Shown here: piece after piece, positions 61,301-64,000 of the stretch | How the letters are laid out: each line of letters starts with the position of its first letter | Numbering within the stretch: position 1 is the stretch's first letter | NCBI GenBank assembly: GCA_032718475.1 | Contig: JAUCBJ010006179.1 | Location: 1-64,000, forward strand | Origin: Nemertoderma westbladi | Taxonomy: Eukaryota; Animalia; Xenacoelomorpha | Length of the DNA: 64,000 bases | Reading direction: 5' to 3' | Notes under the pieces: model-generated | Seen by the model: the letters and a program-made list of their open reading frames with translations, nothing else | Database searches by the model: none | What the model was told of the DNA's origin: nothing | Made by a program: the position numbers and the translations under genes

Positions 61301-63200
61301 CAAAACCACGTTTGGGTTGATAAATATCCTTAATAAGATAGATGAATTAAATCCCTGGGATTCCTCCTGTCGCCCTAAACATGAATGGACTGTTTCCACA
61401 AAATACACTGACTGGCCAAAGCAGCATAATGGCTACGATTGTGGCGTATTCCTCTGTCTTTATGCGACTGCTGTGACACAAAATATTTCTAAACTTACGG
61501 ATATTGTGTATGATAGTTTAAGTTCGAGGGATTGGCTGTACAAATGTCTTGATCAGTACAAGTTGGCCTCGCATGGACACAAAGACATCACAATAGACAC
61601 CGATAAACTTACACTTCAACAGCCTACACTACTCTTGCCCCCTCCTGGTCGGCCTGCAACTAACCCCAAGTTTGATTTCAACCCAATCACAAAGACTATG
61701 ACCAATCCAGTCAACAAACTCCAAGAGGGAATCTCTCTGGTCAATGATTCTGATGGTTCGTTCCCTTCCTACAAATTGGCCAACCTTATAGCTTTTTTAC
61801 ATCTGTCAAAGAAAGATATTGTTAAGAAATTATTACCTAAGAAGAACGATTTTCTGCAAGACCTCAGGAATACTCTATTTAAAGATATTCGCCGTTTGCT
61901 ACACCCAACGCAGGTTGTTTCCCTCGATCTTCACATCAGAAGTGCGAACAAAGAATTAGTAGCTGATATCTGTGAATTCATTATATCTCTTAAAGACTCA
62001 CGTATCACTGAATCTTGCCGCAAGCGCCTGCGTCGTGTGACAACGCCTAAGGAATCTGATAAATCTTTTATATCTTTAAGATCTGATCTCTTACAAGCTG
62101 TAGAGACCCTGCAGGCTCGTATAGCCAAGTTGGAAAGCACTAACACATCCCTGGGGCAGCAAGTGTCAAACCTTCATGATGACCTTTCCCATGAGCGCCA
62201 CTGTAGATTAATCCTTGAGGCTACAATAAATAATTGCCATGACTGGAGTTATTTCGTCCCTCAGGGCACTAAGAAGTCCAATTCTCCACCTAGTAACTGC
62301 AGATTACCCTTTTCTACCAAAATTAATATGGAGCCTCAGAGGCCAGTTTCCAATTCAGCAGAAGAAACCAAACGTGGATGTCCATCTCTCGCTAGTATAC
62401 CAAATAACAAACACATTGATTCAACCAATAATATCGTTACATGGCCTTCAAGGAAAAAACAAGCTGGTCATTCTAACTCATACAATCATTCCAACCCGGC
62501 TGTATCATCTGTGACCCATGTCACTAAGTCCAACTTTTTGCCTGATGATGCTTCCAAAGTTTCAAGAGACTGGAATTCCAAAAAACTTGTTCCTACTGAC
62601 AAACCCCAACCAAAGAACCCCTTAGATCTAAATCCTATTCAATATAAACAAGTAAGAAGAACCGGAATTGCAACCTCGAATAAGTTTCAACCTCTGTGTT
62701 CCATTTCTATAGATGAAACTTCAGAACCATCCAATATACAGCCTGTACATAGTGGTTCATTACCCTATCAGCCTGAGCCAATAATTGAACCAAATTACAG
62801 TGCTCTCAAAAGATCAGTGTATAACTCCTCTGGAAGTAGCAGATCTAGCTATTTGATTTCTAACATACCCGGTGATCAGACAATTCAGGATGTTATCAAT
62901 TGGCTTGCTGAAAAGAACATCACATTAACATCCTTCACTGATATTCGTTATTCATCATCCTGTAAATGGAGCGTCATAATTATCACTAATGAGCGTTACG
63001 ACTGCATTACTCTCGACGACTTCTGGCCCGTAGAGATTTTTGGCTGTTCTATAAACTTATCTATGTACAATTCAAAGCAAACCCAAATTTCCTCAGTTCT
63101 AAGTAACTTCTCTGAGCAACATATTAGTCAGTCCAAGACCTGTTCGCATTCATCAACCACTTCCCATCATCGTGCCCCTATTAAGCGGAACCATATTTAG
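58377..63200 (+). CDS. LINE ORF1 protein: 10-aa and 60-aa tandem repeats, Ulp1/SENP (C48) cysteine protease, coiled coil, possible RRM-like tail
   Basis: WLNDEII, NHHFIL (His 61224), VLDSL (Asp 61275), PKQHNGYDCGVF (Cys 61440); heptad LLQAVETLQARIAKLESTNTSLGQQVSNL; C-terminal YLISNIP..FWP. Confidence 0.85.
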   Translation: MPVERTPVKLRSRVPRPQAAVPVRPYRLTLSGKSRSKATILPGTTPNEPPTSGVAPVVWMSATAVSSLSDPLTTNKPGTVSAGWNCLAGSTMKAEAAAGSSMTNKPGVNSSTSFKPGVDSSTTNKPGADSSTMNKPGADSSTMNKPGTDSSTMNKPGVDSSTTNKPGADSSMTNKPRVDSSTTNKPGADSSTMNKPGVDSSVTNKPGADSSTTNKPGVDSSTTNKPGADSSTKNKPVVDSSTMNKPVVDTSTTDKPGADSSMTNKPRVDSSAMNIPGADSSTTIKPGADSSTTIKPGVDSSKSASLDSLMTYKPGAVSSTPNIPGEVLLVMDKPINGPTAVLTQDSPGIHTAMTLSQGSGVWQDGPRLDSTKCSYGGVSGVWQGGSTSSAVRNPTHGPTAALAQDSPGIHTAMTLGRCSRVWQDGPSHDSTKCSYGGVGGVWQGGSTSFAERNLTHGPTAALAQDSPGIHTAMTLDQCSRVWQDGPSHDSTKCSYGGVGGVWQGGSPSSAERNRTHGPTAALAQDSPGIHTAMTLGQGSGVWQDGPSHDSSKCSYGGVGSVWQGGSPSSPERNPTHGPTAALAQDSPGIYTAMTLGQGSGVWQDGPSHESSKCSSERISGVWQGGSSFAETSAHKSVSAPPFTSPSPIRSNLSNTHTSTNPYAYTSTNNTAATSHPIMSTSINSTTYPFNDVSVVNDQVVYTHAKTTPVGVYCSNKLTTNNGIILADHRSCSDKYDILVEDCPSCINLEDDNINTIIYKSVDEGKSGDKVDINPDSDQQLSGSRGLITTPCTQTKISDFYKSPADVVVNKCVVASHVSNPNWNTPSTDVIEIEVYPNEPHSANVDQHLEIITYLKCLSIATPGRVIPTPGLLRTLCGTEWLNDEIIDGFLGLLECQRPHTAAIPFQLTQKIHSGNWDYLSAIMYIAPRYIGRHLEIPPTILFFPECLNHHFILHVADVPNKQIYVLDSLNSSMPTKTTFGLINILNKIDELNPWDSSCRPKHEWTVSTKYTDWPKQHNGYDCGVFLCLYATAVTQNISKLTDIVYDSLSSRDWLYKCLDQYKLASHGHKDITIDTDKLTLQQPTLLLPPPGRPATNPKFDFNPITKTMTNPVNKLQEGISLVNDSDGSFPSYKLANLIAFLHLSKKDIVKKLLPKKNDFLQDLRNTLFKDIRRLLHPTQVVSLDLHIRSANKELVADICEFIISLKDSRITESCRKRLRRVTTPKESDKSFISLRSDLLQAVETLQARIAKLESTNTSLGQQVSNLHDDLSHERHCRLILEATINNCHDWSYFVPQGTKKSNSPPSNCRLPFSTKINMEPQRPVSNSAEETKRGCPSLASIPNNKHIDSTNNIVTWPSRKKQAGHSNSYNHSNPAVSSVTHVTKSNFLPDDASKVSRDWNSKKLVPTDKPQPKNPLDLNPIQYKQVRRTGIATSNKFQPLCSISIDETSEPSNIQPVHSGSLPYQPEPIIEPNYSALKRSVYNSSGSSRSSYLISNIPGDQTIQDVINWLAEKNITLTSFTDIRYSSSCKWSVIIITNERYDCITLDDFWPVEIFGCSINLSMYNSKQTQISSVLSNFSEQHISQSKTCSHSSTTSHHRAPIKRNHI
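58671..59270 (+). repeat. Coding minisatellite, 20 x 30 bp (DSSTTNKPGA/V)
   Basis: Unit GATTCCTCGACGACGAATAAACCCGGAGCG in exact 30-bp register. Confidence 0.95.
59382..60260 (+). repeat. Coding tandem repeat, ~5 x 180 bp (60 aa)
   Basis: GPTAALAQDSPGIHTAMTL..VWQDGPSHDSTKCSYGGV.GVWQGGS units at 59382, 59562, 59742, 59922 and 60102. Confidence 0.95.
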
Positions 63201-64000
63201 AACATCTGTCCAGCGATCTAGTCATGGTACACCTTTAAGAACTCATGCTCCATCTGTTATAGACACACTATGTCTAACAACTTTTAATTGTCATGGCTTT
63301 AGATCCTCCTCTGATTATATTCATAAACTTTTATCAAACTGTGATGTGCTCGCTCTCCAGGAGCACTGGCTTGATGATCTTGAAGCAAAAGAATTACTCT
63401 CCAATATTAACAGTGATTTCAGTTGTACCTATAAAATTAGTAACTTGATGGATAATCCCTCTAGAGTTCGGGGTGCCGGTGGGGTGTGCCTCTTTTACCG
63501 CACTGACACATTCACCAGAGTTGTTCCTATAAGTAGTGGTGAAGACATTGTTGGCATTTTGGCTACTACAAAAAACAATATTTCACTACTGATTCTTTCT
63601 TGGTATGGTCCCGATTCTGGGAAAGCTGCAAAGCTCTATGATGACTTTCTTGGACGTTTGGGTAATTTGATTTCCAGCAATAAACTGTCCATCCCCTTAC
63701 TCCTCTCTGATGCTAATGCAGATTTTGGTGACAAGCAAGGTCCGCGTTGGCTACAGCATAAGGAAAGTGTTAATGGAAAACGACTTCGACACTTCATGCA
63801 TCAGAATAATTTAACTGCCATTGATACATATCATGATTTTGTTGGCCCACTGTACACTTTTTCTGGTCATGGACGCTCCTACATTGATCATATAATTGTG
63901 GATGAGTCATTAGTTAATCTAGTCATCTCCGGCAGTGTCCTGGATTCCGACCCTACTAGTCTCTCTGATCATTTACCAATTTCTGTCGAATTTCGTTTGC
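63103..64000 (+). CDS. LINE ORF2, APE endonuclease domain (partial, missed by the ORF track)
   Basis: Open frame with TTFNCHG, ALQEHW, RGAGGV, WYGP, SDANA, YTF, SYIDHI, SDHLPI. Confidence 0.9.

Larger units (their letters stand above)
58306..64000 (+). mobile_element. APE-type non-LTR retrotransposon (RTEX-like, clade tentative), 5'-complete and continuing past the window end
   Basis: Short 5' UTR, 1607-aa ORF1 and overlapping APE ORF2; no disabling mutations seen. Confidence 0.85.

Overview
This is AT-rich animal (probably invertebrate) genomic DNA made up almost entirely of nested transposons around a small cluster of host genes. (1) A BEL/Pao LTR retrotransposon family is present as a tandem pair sharing a chimeric LTR (1-23071, +), a third truncated copy (52778-58305, -) and an LTR fragment (~36852-37140). 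Downstream of gag-pol the family carries a second long ORF (~1400 codons, now disrupted) with a DEDDy/RNase D/WRN-type 3'-5' exonuclease domain and a cluster of zinc knuckles. It has no tRNA-type PBS; instead the 12 nt after the LTR are exactly complementary to a site inside the LTR, which suggests self-priming. (2) The host genes are a two-exon family of Arg/Lys/Ser-rich protamine-like proteins. One member (48285-50120) shares the intron and basic N-terminus but ends in a complete barrier-to-autointegration factor (BAF) domain. (3) Also present: an EnSpm/CACTA-like element, a Copia element interrupted by a hAT-like transposon with a 6-bp TSD, a Merlin-like MITE, SINEs, an RTE fragment, and an apparently intact non-LTR element whose 1607-aa ORF1 holds two coding tandem repeats and a Ulp1/SENP-type protease. 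All family assignments come from reading motifs by eye; no database searches were run.
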